A DNA stretch of 64,000 bases from Octopus vulgaris (GCA_951406725.2 OX597818.1:72912001-72976000), one strand, 5' to 3'; shown: positions 1 to 13,977, counted from the first letter of the stretch. Numbers and translations: made by a program. Notes: generated by a model not told the origin, from the letters alone.

Positions 1-111
1 TTATATTTGTATGCACCTATGTACACCACGCAGCTACATATTATATATTTGTATATTTCTGAAAATTTGTATGTAGGTATGTCTTTGTATGTATGTATAA
101 AATGCATATGT

Positions 112-147
<36 letters not shown>

Positions 148-206
148 CTGTGTGTGGGTGTTTGTATGTATGCATATATATATATATGTATGTATATATA
201 TACATA

Positions 207-252
<46 letters not shown>

Positions 253-343
253 CATATGCATATATCTATCTTTCCCTATCACTCTATTTTTATATATGAA
301 TATATATATATAAGCATACACACATAGGTATGTATGTATGTAT

Positions 344-415
<72 letters not shown>

Positions 416-752
416 ATTAACTTGTTTATTGACGAGAAACAAAGGCCGACTAAGAATCCAAAGCCTTGAAGGTAGGATGTAGAATATATATTTATATGTA
501 CACATACGTATTTGTTTATATACATACAAATATGTATATATGTATGGGTATAAACATTTTCAAAATAATAGTTGTTTACTACAAAAGCACTATTTTATCA
601 CTTATACAAGGTCATCATACCAGAGATGTACTTTTGTATCGAGTAGGCTATTATTCTTCATACATATACATATACATATGTGTGTGTGTGTGTATGTGTG
701 TGTGTGTGTGTGTATGTGTGTGTGTGTGTGTATGTGTGTGTGTGTTTGTATG

Positions 753-793
<41 letters not shown>

Positions 794-1288
794 TGCATAC
801 ATATATATATGTATGTAATATTCATAGGTATATGTATATATATCTATATACACATGTATATCCATAAAATATATATATATTTATATATGTGTATATATAT
901 GCACATATGCGCACGCATAAACGCCCACACAAATACACACGCACACAAACACACTTACACACCCACCCACCAACATATTTCACACGCATAATTATAAATA
1001 TTGTGATATGTACAATCAAATCATTCGTAAAACCTATATACGTACCCAAGAAGTACGTTGTTTAGGTGCACCTATACAGCGAATGTGCCGTCACTAATGT
1101 TGTAAGCAGGTATACACTTTACAGCTATATATATGTATAGAATATATCTATACAGTCCCATGCATGGTAATCTATCAAATAACAAGTACATCGTGATAAT
1201 CCCATATAGCAGTACATTTATTCTCATACGGAAGTGTATAATGCATGTGTGCTTATCTATAAACGTCTGGGTATACATACATACATGC

Positions 1289-1325
<37 letters not shown>

Positions 1326-1606
1326 CATATATATACACACATATACATATTTGTATATACATATATATATATATATATGTGTGTGTGTATATATATACAT
1401 ATACATATATATATATATACATATATAAATATAAATATACTATATATATACAAATATATATAAATATACATATATATGAGCATATATATATATATGTTTA
1501 TATATATATATACGTTTATATATATGTATATTTGTGTATATATATGTATGTATGTATATATACATATACACACATACATATATATACACAAATATACATA
1601 TATATA

Positions 1607-1649
<43 letters not shown>

Positions 1650-1700
1650 ATAGTTATAAATATTCATGTATGTGTATATATATGAATATATATGTTTAGG
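1..1700. repeat. Compound (TA)n/(TG)n/(CA)n microsatellite-rich tract
   Basis: Long pure and interrupted dinucleotide runs; the overlapping ORFs are YI/CV/HT low-complexity artefacts. Confidence 0.95.
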
Positions 1701-1854
1701 AAAAATCCAGGGGAATTATTAGAAGGCATTTAAATGTTGCTTAAGTGTCTCAGGATTTAATTCTGGCATATTAAATCGTATTTAGTAGAAAGTAGGTAAA
1801 TTGAATAAGGAGATGAACTCTCGGGATGTTGTTAAACCATTTATAACTTGAATT

Positions 1855-1922
1855 CTTCTACATACGTTTCGATGGTCGCACTCCAAAAATATCTGACTGG
1901 ATAAATTATGGTCATCAGAAAG
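1855..1922 (-). ncRNA. Degenerate type I hammerhead-like motif
   Basis: Minus strand: cttt-CTGATGA-(41 nt, poorly paired)-GAAA-cgtatg-TA-gaag; stem I cttt/gaag pairs, stem II is decayed. Confidence 0.5.
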
Positions 1923-2389
1923 TACGTTTAGATATAAACATTATAAACATACTAAAAACACAAACGTATACAAACACAGGCATTAATATACATACCCCCA
2001 TCCCATATATATATATACATATATATTTATATATAAACGTATACATAAATATAAACACGTACATTCACACAAACACACATATATATATATATTCAAATAC
2101 ATGCATAGGCAGAAATATACTCACAGACATATTCCTATATATCTACACATATTCTCATGCATATGCTCGCGGCAACGATATAGAAACATACATATGCAAA
2201 AACATACGTTTACGATCACATACTTAGGCACATAAAGAAACGATCATATGCATACTCAAGAACATGCACATCCCAAAACATCGATAGACTCAAACACACA
2301 CACACACACAATATTCATTTATTCTTTTACATGTTTCAGTCATTTGACTGCAGCCATGCTGTGGTATACATATATATATATATACACCT

Positions 2390-2965
2390 TTATTCACTCT
2401 CAAGCACTCTCCTCAGAGCATAATTCTCATCCGTCCTAAACAGATGTCCATACCACCGCACACTATTCTCCCTTGCCAGCTCTTCCACCGATTCCTCCAA
2501 TCCCAGCATCCCCAAGTTCTTAGCCATCCTTTCATCCAATAATTTGAAACCACACTTTGCTCTCACCATTGCTCTCTCTGTCCTTCTCAAAGTTGTCATA
2601 TCACTTTCCCTCAGACTCCATGTCTCACTCCCATACAACATTAGACATCTCACGCAACTCCGATAAACCCTTCCTTTCATCTTCAATGAGAACCTTTACC
2701 CATATAATAACGCTCCACATTCCCTGAACTTCACCCAGCCAATCTCGCTCTTGCTGTCACAGCTGCTTCAAATCCACCACCCACATCCACCCTATCTCCC
2801 AATTAACAAAACCCTCTCATCGTTTCCACCTCGTCACATAGCGCTTCCACTGGTTTCACTAGCCCTCGAGCTCTTGTCTCACATCTTCCTCAAGTTTAAT
2901 CTCTTGCCAGTCTTGGAGTCACTTTCTTTATCTTCGTACATCTACCATGAATCCATTTCCCACAT
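2390..2965 (-). mobile_element. RTE-clade LINE ORF2 3' fragment
   Basis: ORF 2390..2686 reads KGRVYRSCVR..MLYGSETW..LRRTERAMVR..VRWYGHLFR, typical of the RTE C-terminus; the upstream frame gives LGDRVDVGGGFEAAVTAR. Confidence 0.85.
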
Positions 2966-3055
2966 TTCGTACACACGCATATATATGTGTGCGTGTATGT
3001 ATATAGGTATATATATATATATATATATATACACGCACACATATCTGTCTATCTG

Positions 3056-3170
<115 letters not shown>

Positions 3171-3309
3171 TGCATATATATATATACATATATATATATA
3201 CACACACGCACACATACATATATATATGTATTCAAACATATAATTACATATTTACATCATACATGTAAATATCATATCCACGTGTATGTAATATATATAT
3301 ATATAAATC

Positions 3310-3695
3310 ATAGTGTGATAAGAAGCTTGCCTCCCAACCACATGGATCTGTGTTCAGTTCCACTGCGTGGCAGCTAGGACACGTGTTTTCTACTATGGCC
3401 TCGGGCCGTCCAAAGCCTTGTGGGTGGATTTAGTAGACAGAAACTGAAAGAAGCCCGTCGTATATATATATATATGTGTGTGTGTGTGCGTGTCTGTCTG
3501 TATTTGTCCTCCCACTATTGCCTGACAACCGATGCTGGTGTTTATGTCCCCGTAACTTAGCGGTTCGCTAAAAGAACCGATAAAATAAGCTCTAGGCTTA
3601 GAAAGAATAATTTATGGGGTCAATTTGTTTGAGTAAAGGCGGTGCTCTAGCGTGGCCGCAGTCAAACGACTGCAAAAATTAAAGGAATAAAAGAA
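3310..3695 (+). mobile_element. tRNA-headed SINE (family A) with internal microsatellite
   Basis: Collinear with the copy at 41479-41878: B-box-like gtgttcagttcc, ggattt(a/g)gtagac..aaactgaaagaagcccgtcg, (TA)(TG) tract, gtccccgtaacttagcggttcg, ggccgcagtcaaa tail. Confidence 0.85.
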
Positions 3696-3748
3696 CAAAA
3701 TACTATATAATATATACATATATGTATATATGTATATGTATGTATGTG

Positions 3749-3936
<188 letters not shown>

Positions 3937-3951
3937 ATGTCTATGCATATA

Positions 3952-4089
3952 CAGGGTGGCCCAAAAGTAGGTTTACAGTCATCACGTAGCATAGAATAAT
4001 GGTTTCATAATTTTTTTTTAGAATTAATATCTAAACTGTTAATATATGAATTCGAAAAAAGTTGAATAACTGTAAACCTACCAAAGGCT

Positions 4090-4096
<7 letters not shown>
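3952..4096. mobile_element. Tc1/mariner-type MITE (~145 bp)
   Basis: TA|cagggtggcccaaaagtaggtttacagt ... actgtaaacctaccaaaggcttacccta|TA: imperfect TIRs flanked by TA. Confidence 0.7.
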
Positions 4097-4120
<24 letters not shown>

Positions 4121-4271
4121 GATTATGCCTATTTTTGTAATTAATACATATAATTATTAATTGATTTATCTCTACTTTCTTATTTCTCTTCTTTATATAT
4201 ATGTGGATATAAATATGAAATAACAATATATGCGTCAGTGTGTATATGTATGCGTGTGTGCATGTGTGTGG

Positions 4272-4342
<71 letters not shown>

Positions 4343-5273
4343 ACGAAAGAGAGTGAGAAAGAGAGAGAGAGATTATGATAGAGACAAAAGAGAGCGGGTG
4401 TAAGTGTTGTTAGTTTGCAGTTGTACATATCGGTGTTCCACGAATACCCCAATTAGTGCACATGTTAGTTTGTGCATGTGGACAGCAAGAGTTTATATTC
4501 GTTTCTGCCCCACTCCCCTAAATGTCATCGTCGTCAAATTTTTAAATACCATATATAATTTAACATAATTAATTCTAGTCCATCACTTGTTCCGTACTGT
4601 CACCTCACACTCGTTCTCCAACAATCAGCTGTAGAACTAAGAGGAAGAAGAACTGAAGTCTTTCCCTCTCTCTTTCTCTCTCTGTTTATTTATATTACAT
4701 TATACATATATACATACATACACTCACGCACACATATATACATATGTATGTATTTGCGCAACTTTAATTTCCTTTAACTTTAAATTTCTTTGAGAACTTC
4801 TCATCGTCTGTTTATCTTCGTGGGGCTGTTGTTTACAAGTTTGTTTACAGTTCGCTTTGTTCGTTTCCATATGTCCCTAAGCATTCCTAACATGGCATTT
4901 ATACTACACATTTAAGGGCAGTTACTGTTACAAGCATACCTACATACATTTCTCTCTGTGTGTATATATATGTGCGTGTGTGTGTGTGTGGGGGTGTTTG
5001 TATATATGTATGCATTTAAAGAACGTACACATGCACATGTATTGCTACACACGTAGAGTCACACACACACAAGTGCGTGCGTGGCAGCGATGAAAAATGC
5101 GACTAGATTTAGTGCTGTGCGACTAACTTATATGTCCCACTACAAAACCAACTTCCTCCGCATTAAGTCTGAAACTAAGAGTTAAATGTAGATGCCATCG
5201 TATGTCCAAACGTTTCTAATTAGATACATGAACCCAGATAAGTCCTTCGGACGTATTAGCTCTCTCTGTATGC

Positions 5274-5343
<70 letters not shown>

Positions 5344-5907
5344 ACCGAGTGATATTGATATGATGTACGGAGTCATTTGTGATGCATACCATGTAACCCT
5401 AGGTACTAGAGTGATCGACCCCTCTTAAATTCTACGAAATTGAGGCTATATTACTAAAGTGTACGCTACCTGTACATTTATTTAGGTCACTTGGAGGGAA
5501 TTATTTTTGCACTGAAGGATTACAATTCTTTTTGTCAGTTTGAAATGAACAGGTGTGTTTTATTCCAAGCAAACGGTCAATAGTTAACGTCACAACAAAC
5601 CTTAAAATTACGTGTGTGTGTGTGATGTGTGTATGTATGTGTGTGTGTGATGAGTGTGTGTACGTATGTATGTATACATATTTGTATACTAATATATATA
5701 TATAATGTAGATATATATATATATATAAATAATGTAGATATATGTATGTGTATATATATATATATATATTATATCTATATTATCTATCTATCTATCTATC
5801 TTTCTTTCTATCTATCTATCAATATATATATATGCATGTATATATGTAAATATATATACATATATTCACACACAAAGCAATTAAGATTCAAGTAACTCGT
5901 TTATATT

Positions 5908-5951
<44 letters not shown>

Positions 5952-6584
5952 TGTATATGCATGTGTATATGTAAATATATGTATTTGTGCGTGTGTATGA
6001 ATGTAAATATATATAAATATATTCATATATGTATATATATATACATACACACACACATATATATGAATGTGTGAGTGAGTAAGTGTGTTTGTGTGTGCAT
6101 GTGTGTGTGTGAGAGAGAGTGAATGTGCGTGCGTGCGCGCGTGTGTATATTGTATAACATTGTTTAAAGAAGCTTTAAAACTCTCAGAATAATCTCTTTC
6201 CAGACAAGCCCGAACTACGAAGCTGGTACGCAGTCGGAGGACTTGCTAGAAATAGCACTAAATTACTCTTAAATCTCATGCTATAAGTTTTTAAAAGAAC
6301 ACAAACATTACGCAATAGTGTCCTCTATGTGAAGAAAGCCGCTGTGGTCATGCGATCCTTGGGAGTAGGGCTGACTCGTGACGAAACAACAACATTCGTG
6401 TGTGATTGTGTACCTCACACGCCTTCGCATATACCGTCAAAGATGCACGTACGCAGACGTGTTCATTCACAACACAACACGTTTGTGCTTCGAATATCTC
6501 ATCTCAGCAGCTTTTTTCTCTTCTGTCATTCCTTGTCCTACTCAGTTTTTTCCTATCATCATCTTCCTTTCACTCTGCATCCAT

Positions 6585-6905
<321 letters not shown>

Positions 6906-8072
6906 GAAGCACAAACAGGATAAATATAACATAGATTAACACAACGCGCACGCGCACATACACACACACGCAAACACACACAAACACGCACACATTATCA
7001 TGAAATCACACGCATACACACACACACTCATATATGCATATGTATGTATTCATACTCTGGTATATATGTATACATGCATACATACTTGTATAAAACATAC
7101 ATATATACCCATCTATATTCGTAAACTTAAACTTGTCTACATACATGTACCTCGCTAGCTAACTAGTTAACTGTCTTCCCCCCATATCTATCTATCTGTC
7201 TATCTGTCTATCTATCTATCTATCTATTTTTCTATCTATCTATCTATCGATGTTGCACTTTTTCTCGCTCTCACTCTTAAGTCGAATACTTCACTTTAAA
7301 AAAATGTATTATTACTTATTCAAGTTTATAGTTGTTATACGTAATTGTGGCTTACATTACCTGATATGTTGAGCATAATGAAATCGTCCTACCTTGGTAA
7401 CAAATATTCCAACAGAAATAGACCGCTCTGAACAAACTTTGTATATTATGCTGTCATCTACATTAGTGGTAACGGGTGCTTCACGTGTCTTAAGTTACTT
7501 CAAACCATCAGTAGCTGTGTGTTCTAGCTGTGAAGGTCGGGATGTACCATCGGGAGAAATTGATAGTTTCCAACTATAGCTATGTGTTATAGGGTGAGTG
7601 AGTAAATGAATGAGAGATAGAGAGAAAGAGAGAGAGGAACGATAAAAGGAGACAGAGAGACAAGGAGATCGAAAGCAACAAATGTGTGAATCGATATAAA
7701 CATACCTTCTAGTTACGATCGGACATTTTAATAGTGTCAACAACTTAGTGTACGTGTGTGCGTGTACGCATGGGTGCACGCGCGCGTGCGTGCATGTGTG
7801 TGACTCTTGTGTGTTTATGCGTTTTTTATGTGTATGTGAGGAGCGTGTGCATGTATGTGCGCCTTTGCATGTTTTGTATGCGTGTATGTGTATGTCTATG
7901 CGTGTATATTTCTCTTTTCGATTTATTAAAAATTTTTCGCTTTGTAGCCTGACACAGTATGCCCGATTGTATGTATGCATTCAATTAGGTAATTAGGTAT
8001 GTATGTATGCATGCATGCATGTATATCTGTATGTATGCATGCATGGATGCATTATATGTATGTATGTATGCA

Positions 8073-8119
<47 letters not shown>

Positions 8120-8214
8120 GTGTGTGTAAAGAATAAAATGTTTTGAATGACACAACAATGCATTATAATACAAACAAAGGGCTATAATAATTGCTATAAT
8201 TTAATCATTTATAG

Positions 8215-8373
8215 TCTGATATATTTCGGAATAAAAATTCCTTCTTGAGATATCCCTAGGAATTGATGGAGTCGCAGCTACAATCGGTTTTCCCAACGGC
8301 ATTTCTTGTTTTTTTTCCGGAAGCATCTCAGCAGTGGTCTCACGAAGCTCCTTCCAGAATTCCTCATTAGAAA
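8215..8373 (-). ncRNA. Hammerhead-like motif in Penelope pLTR (left copy) with ~126-nt stem II insert
   Basis: ttt-CTAATGA-ggaat...attcc-GAA-ATATAT-C-aga; the right-hand copy at 9708-9850 reads CTCATGA-agaat...atttc-GAAA. Confidence 0.6.
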
Positions 8374-8439
8374 TGTGTGAGGTCGGCCATGTCGCAATCT
8401 CGTGTGTTTCCTTCTTTTTTCTCTGACCGTAGCTGATAT

Positions 8440-9576
8440 GCATCAACTTTTGTCCATCATCGTGGACAACACTTACTTCTCTTTCCAGGAACACAAATAC
8501 AAACAGACAACAGGTCTCCCCATGGGATCCAGTCTCTCAGGCCTACTAGCCATCACTTATATGAACTATCATGAACGTCGAGCACTCAACATTTGCTGGT
8601 CATGTGCCTTCTTCACCAGGTACGTAAATGACGTCCTCATACATCCTCCCGTGATAAGGCTGACAGAATACTCACGACGTTCAATAACATGGACCCTATA
8701 GAACATCTCGGCATCACTGGATCACTACCACTACTTTCCTTCCAACTGAATATGACGGAAGAAGGAGAGATCCACACCGAGTTCTACAGGAAAGCAGCCA
8801 GTAGATATATGTTTGTCCAGTACAATTCAGGACTTCCACTCGGTGCCAAAATAGGATACGCCAGAAATGAACTTGCACGCATCCAGAGCAAGTGCAGCAG
8901 GATAGCGGACAAGGTGACCTACACTACACGCTTCCTAGATATATTGAAAAGAAACGGGTACCCTACATCCATGGTAAATCAGCTTAAGTACCCAAGGCGA
9001 CCAACACGCCGAACACATAGAAATCTCAGCAACGCATTCTTCCTTAAAATACCCCATTTTAGCGAGACGATAACTAAAGCCATCCGAAGCGCCATAAGAA
9101 GAGAAGGGTTAGACATACAACTAGCACATTCTGGCCCCTCTCTGAGAAGACACCTCGCAAAGGAACGAACAAGGGACAACAATCAATGTACACTAACAAA
9201 CTGTCCTATCCGTAACACAAATTTGTGCCAACGAGTAAATGTTGTGTATAGAATACAATGCAACAAATGCAACAAGTTCTATGTGGGTAGCACAACAAGA
9301 CCGTTACACGTCCGCATCAAAGAACATCTGAACACGAGAGACGCCTCCTTCAGAAAACATCTAGACAGATGCCGGAACACCAACAAAAGCATAAAAGTCA
9401 CAACTGAGGCCAATGAAAGAAATTTGGGTAATTTAAGAATTAAGGAAGCTATACTCATCCACAGACTAGGACCCCCAATTAACAACATGCTGGAGGCTGG
9501 TAAGCAATATATTATTTTGCTTCATTTGGATGCGTGTAGGTTCATTTTTGATAACATGCTCATGCATTGTTTATAA
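8440..9576 (+). pseudogene. Penelope RT C-terminal half + GIY-YIG endonuclease (frameshifted)
   Basis: NTYFSFQEHKYKQTTGLPMGSSLSGLLA and RYVNDVL (YxDD changed to YVND); frameshift near 8641; then FYRK, FLDILKRNGYP, C-x4-C, NVVYRIQCNKCNKFYVGSTTRPLHVRIKEH, LRIKEAILI..LGPPIN. Confidence 0.92.
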
Positions 9577-10094
9577 CAAAACAAAAAAAAAAAGAGAAAA
9601 AAGAAGAAGGGAAAAAAGAAGGGAGCTGCACGTATAACACATAACTTAGAAGCAGCGCTACGGATGTGCCAGCACACACGAGATTGAAGCATGGCCGACC
9701 TAACGCACTTCTCATGAAGAATTCCGCTGCTGAGACGCTTCCGAAAAAAAACCCCGGAAAAGCTGTTGGGAAAACGGGTTATAGCAGCGACTCCAATAAT
9801 TCCTAGGGATATCTCAAGAAGGAATTTTTATTTCGAAATATCATATCAGATTATTGATGATTAAATTACAACAGTTATTATAGTCCGTTGCTGTTGTTAT
9901 AGTGCATTCTTGTGTGATTCAAAACATTTTATTCTTTACAAATGATACGCAATGCTTCAAGTGAACTACAATACTCTCATTTATATATATATGCATGTAT
10001 GTATGTTTGAATATAGCCATGTTTGTATACATGTACAAACATATTAGTATATATGTATATTTGTGGATGTGTGAAGTATTTATGCATAAAATGT

Positions 10095-10584
10095 TTGTCG
10101 AGCTCCTAAACGAATGAAAACATCACAAAAATTCATGAACTGATTTTGGACCTATTGACGAAATTGTCGATATGACTGTTGTGTCTTAGAGCTCCTGGCA
10201 ACAAATTTCGAATGAAAAGAGTTGCAACAAAATTTGTGCCGCGCTTGCTCACGGAAGATCGAAACAGTCACGGCTGACTGCATGTCGGAAACTGAAAGAA
10301 CAGCTGGAAGTTGATCCGGACCATTTTTCGAACGCCATCATTAGTGATGAAAGCTGGTGCTACGAAATTTTCAGATGTGGAAGTGGTAAAAAGGAAAAAA
10401 AAAAAAAAAACGCCGGAGGCGTTGTAAGGCATCACTTCACAAGAGTTCCAGCACTGCTTCCAAATGTGGAAAATGCCCCTGAACCATTTGAGAATACTTT
10501 GAAGGCGGTAAAAGTGCAAATATGTAAAACTAAGTGAATAGAAATAATATTGCAAAATTCTGGTTTCTTTTGGGTCCCACCTCG
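10095..10584 (+). mobile_element. Mariner transposon relic
   Basis: Broken frames read MKRVATKFVPRLLTED and LEVDPDHFSNAIISDESWCY (WVPRLL-like and first-D motif); ends in TIR-like ggtcccacctcg followed by TA. Confidence 0.8.
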
Positions 10585-11524
10585 TATGTATAAACATTTA
10601 TGTATGATGTGTGTACTTACACATTTAGATATATATATATATATATATTTGAATGTATACATGTGTGTATATATGAATGCATGTATATATACGAGTGTAG
10701 TTGCATGCAATAACGTCTCTATGGAACTTATGTACTATAGTGTTGATTTGAAATAAACATTATGAAAATCCAGGACAACAGTTTCCCGTCCACAAATGCA
10801 GACATGAAGAATACCCAGCAGTACATCAATTCAGAATCAATGCGCATTGTTTTAAGTCTACGGGCTGCATTAGAAGATTTAGATGATAAGACGTATTTAC
10901 TTGTGTACAAGTTGCACTCATATATAAATCGTACCATTAATTTAGTGCTAAATCTTTGTACGAATGTTTTCCCTATATTGTTTTAGCTTCCTAGTGTATA
11001 TAAATGAAGCATAGTCACACAACACCTTTTTCACTTGATATCAAATATAAAACAGTGCGACATACACGAATAAAGTCTGTGTGTCCAGTAAAACGAACAA
11101 CCACGTATATAATCTAAGTTAGCTCTCGCCTCTAGGTGGGAAATTGCGTGGCACCTATTCCTCTGAAGATGGGATGAGAAGTCACGAAAGGGGTCTGAAA
11201 TTCTAATACTTTATTTGTTTATTTTTCTGATTATTTTCTTGTTTTAGAGAATACTGTTACTAAATGTCGGGAAGTTACGGAAAGGTTTCAATATTTAATC
11301 AGAAGTTTTAAAAGAAAAAGAAACTGAAATCTGTATTAAAAGTTCAGACCGTTATGTGAAATTTGTGATACCGCTCACACACAAAGAGACACGCACACAC
11401 ACGCACATATACATGCATATACTCACACGTACACAACACACAAAACGTTAGTGTGTGTATGTACATATGTGCATAAATATCTCTGTGCATATATTTATAT
11501 AACTATATATATAACATATATAAA

Positions 11525-12171
11525 TGTTGGTAACGTTTTTCTTGCCAGTATAACATGGCTGTTCTATTAAGAAATATGTTACTACATTTTAACTCAAGGG
11601 AAATGTATTTTCCAGCTGAATAGTGACACACAATGTGTGTTCGAGATATTGTGAGCAAGGGAGCGAATTATTTCCCTCCAGCATGGCAAGACGAGTAGAT
11701 CATGATTTCTGGGTCTTTAACTTTCATCGGTACTGGACAGTTGCCTGCAAGAGATGACAGTCAATATTGTCACTACTCAGAATATATAAACAGAGAAGCG
11801 GCAGACAGCCGCTGTTCTAAAATCTCTAAATAAAATAGCTAGTTCTAAAATCTCTAAAGGAGATAAGAAATAGCATTGCTAGATGGTGACGGTTGTTCGC
11901 CACTATAGAATATCTGTTCTATAAAGAACTCTATGACTACATTTTAACCCCAGGCGAACGTCTTTTCCAGCTGGTTAATGACATACATACTGTGTCCGAT
12001 ATTTCGGGAGTAAGGGAGGGAATCACTCCCCTCCAACTTGGCAAGACCAGTAGACCTTTGTTTCTGGGTTTTTACCCTTCATCGGTACTGGCCTGCTAGA
12101 GATGGCAGTCAATCGTCCCTACTGACAATATATAAACATAGAAGCGGCAGACAGCCGCTGATCTCGTAACA
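11525..12171 (+). repeat. LTR-like unit with two diverged ~235-bp direct repeats
   Basis: 11576-11815 resembles 11932-12163 (actacattttaac, ttttccagctg, ttcatcggtactgg, tatataaaca.agaagcggcagacagccgctg); ends in tcgtaaca. Confidence 0.55.
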
Positions 12172-12187
12172 TATATGCATATCTATG

Positions 12188-12259
<72 letters not shown>

Positions 12260-12274
12260 AATCTATCTATCTAT

Positions 12275-12346
<72 letters not shown>

Positions 12347-12347
<1 letters not shown>

Positions 12348-12532
12348 GGAGTAAACACATAAATGTGAAACAAGGTGGAAAAAAGAGTACTCAAATACCA
12401 GTGGTAGAGTGATATGCTTTATTTAAAGCAGCAGAAAATTCAACAAAACCTGTTACTCTGAGTTTCCCAACGAACGGCAACGGGAAACTCAGAGTAACAG
12501 GTTTTGTTGAATTTTCTGCTGCTTTAAATAAA

Positions 12533-12533
<1 letters not shown>
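12347..12533. mobile_element. Short hammerhead-family element (family H1) forming a 52-bp-arm palindrome
   Basis: 12417-12468 is the exact reverse complement of 12482-12533; same family as 41960-42035 and 62281-62356. Confidence 0.85.
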
Positions 12534-12579
<46 letters not shown>

Positions 12580-12892
12580 AAGAGATAGAGAAAGAGGGAG
12601 AGAGAGAGAGAGAAAGTTATGTGTGTGTGTGTGTGTGTGCATTTGATCGGTTACAGGATTCATGAGATGGGGTGGGAATGGAATGGGATATATAGGGATG
12701 GTTGGGTTGGAATATTTAGGGGGTGACGATGAAGGGAAACGGTGGAAGGGAGAAGGTGGGTAGCAGTGAAGAGAGGAATTAGTTGCCAGAGCAAGAAAGG
12801 AGAGGTGGGTGAGAGGAAGAGAGGAGAGAAAAGTTAGATAAAAAGGGGAGGAGAGTTTAGCCCACGTGGCGCATAGGAGCCCATGTGGAGCA

Positions 12893-12939
<47 letters not shown>

Positions 12940-12941
<2 letters not shown>

Positions 12942-13977
12942 GTAAATCCTCGAGTATAATCCGCAATTTTTTCCCAAAATTTAAAGGTCAAAATCCCTAC
13001 TGCGTACTATATACGAGGTTAAAAATGAAAAGTATTTTCTAAGCAATGTTCGAATCTCTATTTGCTGTCAGGCAGTGTTTATTCAGGCGCATTTTCTGAT
13101 GTCTGGCACGAAAATACCTTAAGCTAAGCCTGAAAGCAATGAAGTCATAAATTGAATTATGGACTGAATGGATGTCGACTGGAGAAAAGTCGTTCACTAA
13201 AGCTGGAAGGGTTCGCGCTCCTGATCTGACTTTGATATGCAAATGGATCGTGTATGCATAGAATAGATTCGATCCTCAGATTATTGTGAAAAGTTTTATG
13301 AAATGTTGTATATCGTCTGCACTGGGTGGTACTCAGGATGACATTGCATGGAAAGATGAAATAAATGAAAGTGAATGATCTGATTTTGACTATGAATCTG
13401 ACGGTGACGGAGATTTACACTACAATGATGCTGACATGTTTATGAAGGAACAAGTAGAACAGTTATTTGATGCTGAAAGTGACGTTGAATTTGAAGGATT
13501 TGAATAAATATTTTTGCTTTTGCAACTGATAGTGATAAATATTTACTTAATATTTACTTAATATTTACTTAATATTTTTCACTGACGTTATTACTACTAT
13601 TTCTTTATTTTCTGCAAACAAAATGCACAAAAAAGCTACACGTTTGCATTATGTTATATATACAATAATAATAAAGGACATTACTGTAGACATTTTTACA
13701 AACCAAGGAGGTTATATAGACCTCCTTGACTNNNNNNNNNNNNNNNNNNNNNNNNNNNNNNNNNNNNNNNNNNNNNNNNNNNNNNNNNNNNNNNNNNNNN
13801 NNNNNNNNNNNNNNNNNNNNNNNNNNNNNNNACCAAGGAGGTTATATAGACCTCCTTGACTCAAGTTAGAGAAGGGATGCGTATTATATACAAGATTTAG
13901 GTTTTTCAGAGGTACAGCCCCCTAAAAATTCCCTGCGTATTTATACTCAAGGGCGGATTATACTCGAGGATTTACGG
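12940..13977 (+). mobile_element. Pogo/Tigger-type non-autonomous DNA transposon
   Basis: TIRs gtaaatcctcgagtataatccgc / gcggattatactcgaggatttac with TA flanks; internal remnant WMSTGEKSFTKAGRVRAPDLTLICKWI..IIVKSFMKCCISSALGGTQDD plus an acidic tail, typical of the pogo transposase C-terminus. Confidence 0.88.
13732..13830. other. Assembly gap (N run)
   Basis: Run of Ns with the same 30-mer accaaggaggttatatagacctccttgact on both sides. Confidence 0.99.

Larger units (their letters stand above)
8125..9940 (+). mobile_element. Penelope-like retroelement, 5'-truncated, with inverted pseudo-LTR copies
   Basis: RT and GIY-YIG remnants lie between 8125-8406 and 9675-9940, which are diverged inverted repeats (tgtaaagaataaaatgttttgaat / attcaaaacattttattctttaca; ttcttgagatatccctaggaatt / aattcctagggatatctcaagaa). 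Confidence 0.92.

Noticed and set aside
421-485. ttgacga..aaggc/gcctt..gaag..gta motif (a similar weak one lies at 5200-5255, minus)
   Set aside because: Too many core mismatches to distinguish from chance.
7-1699. Long ORFs rich in YI/CV/HT/LS, here and throughout the window (e.g. 6329-6939, 48388-50407)
   Set aside because: They are translations of stop-free microsatellites with no domain content.
13702-13861. 30-bp direct repeat with an internal hairpin, superficially CRISPR-like
   Set aside because: The two copies flank an N gap, so this is an unmerged contig overlap.
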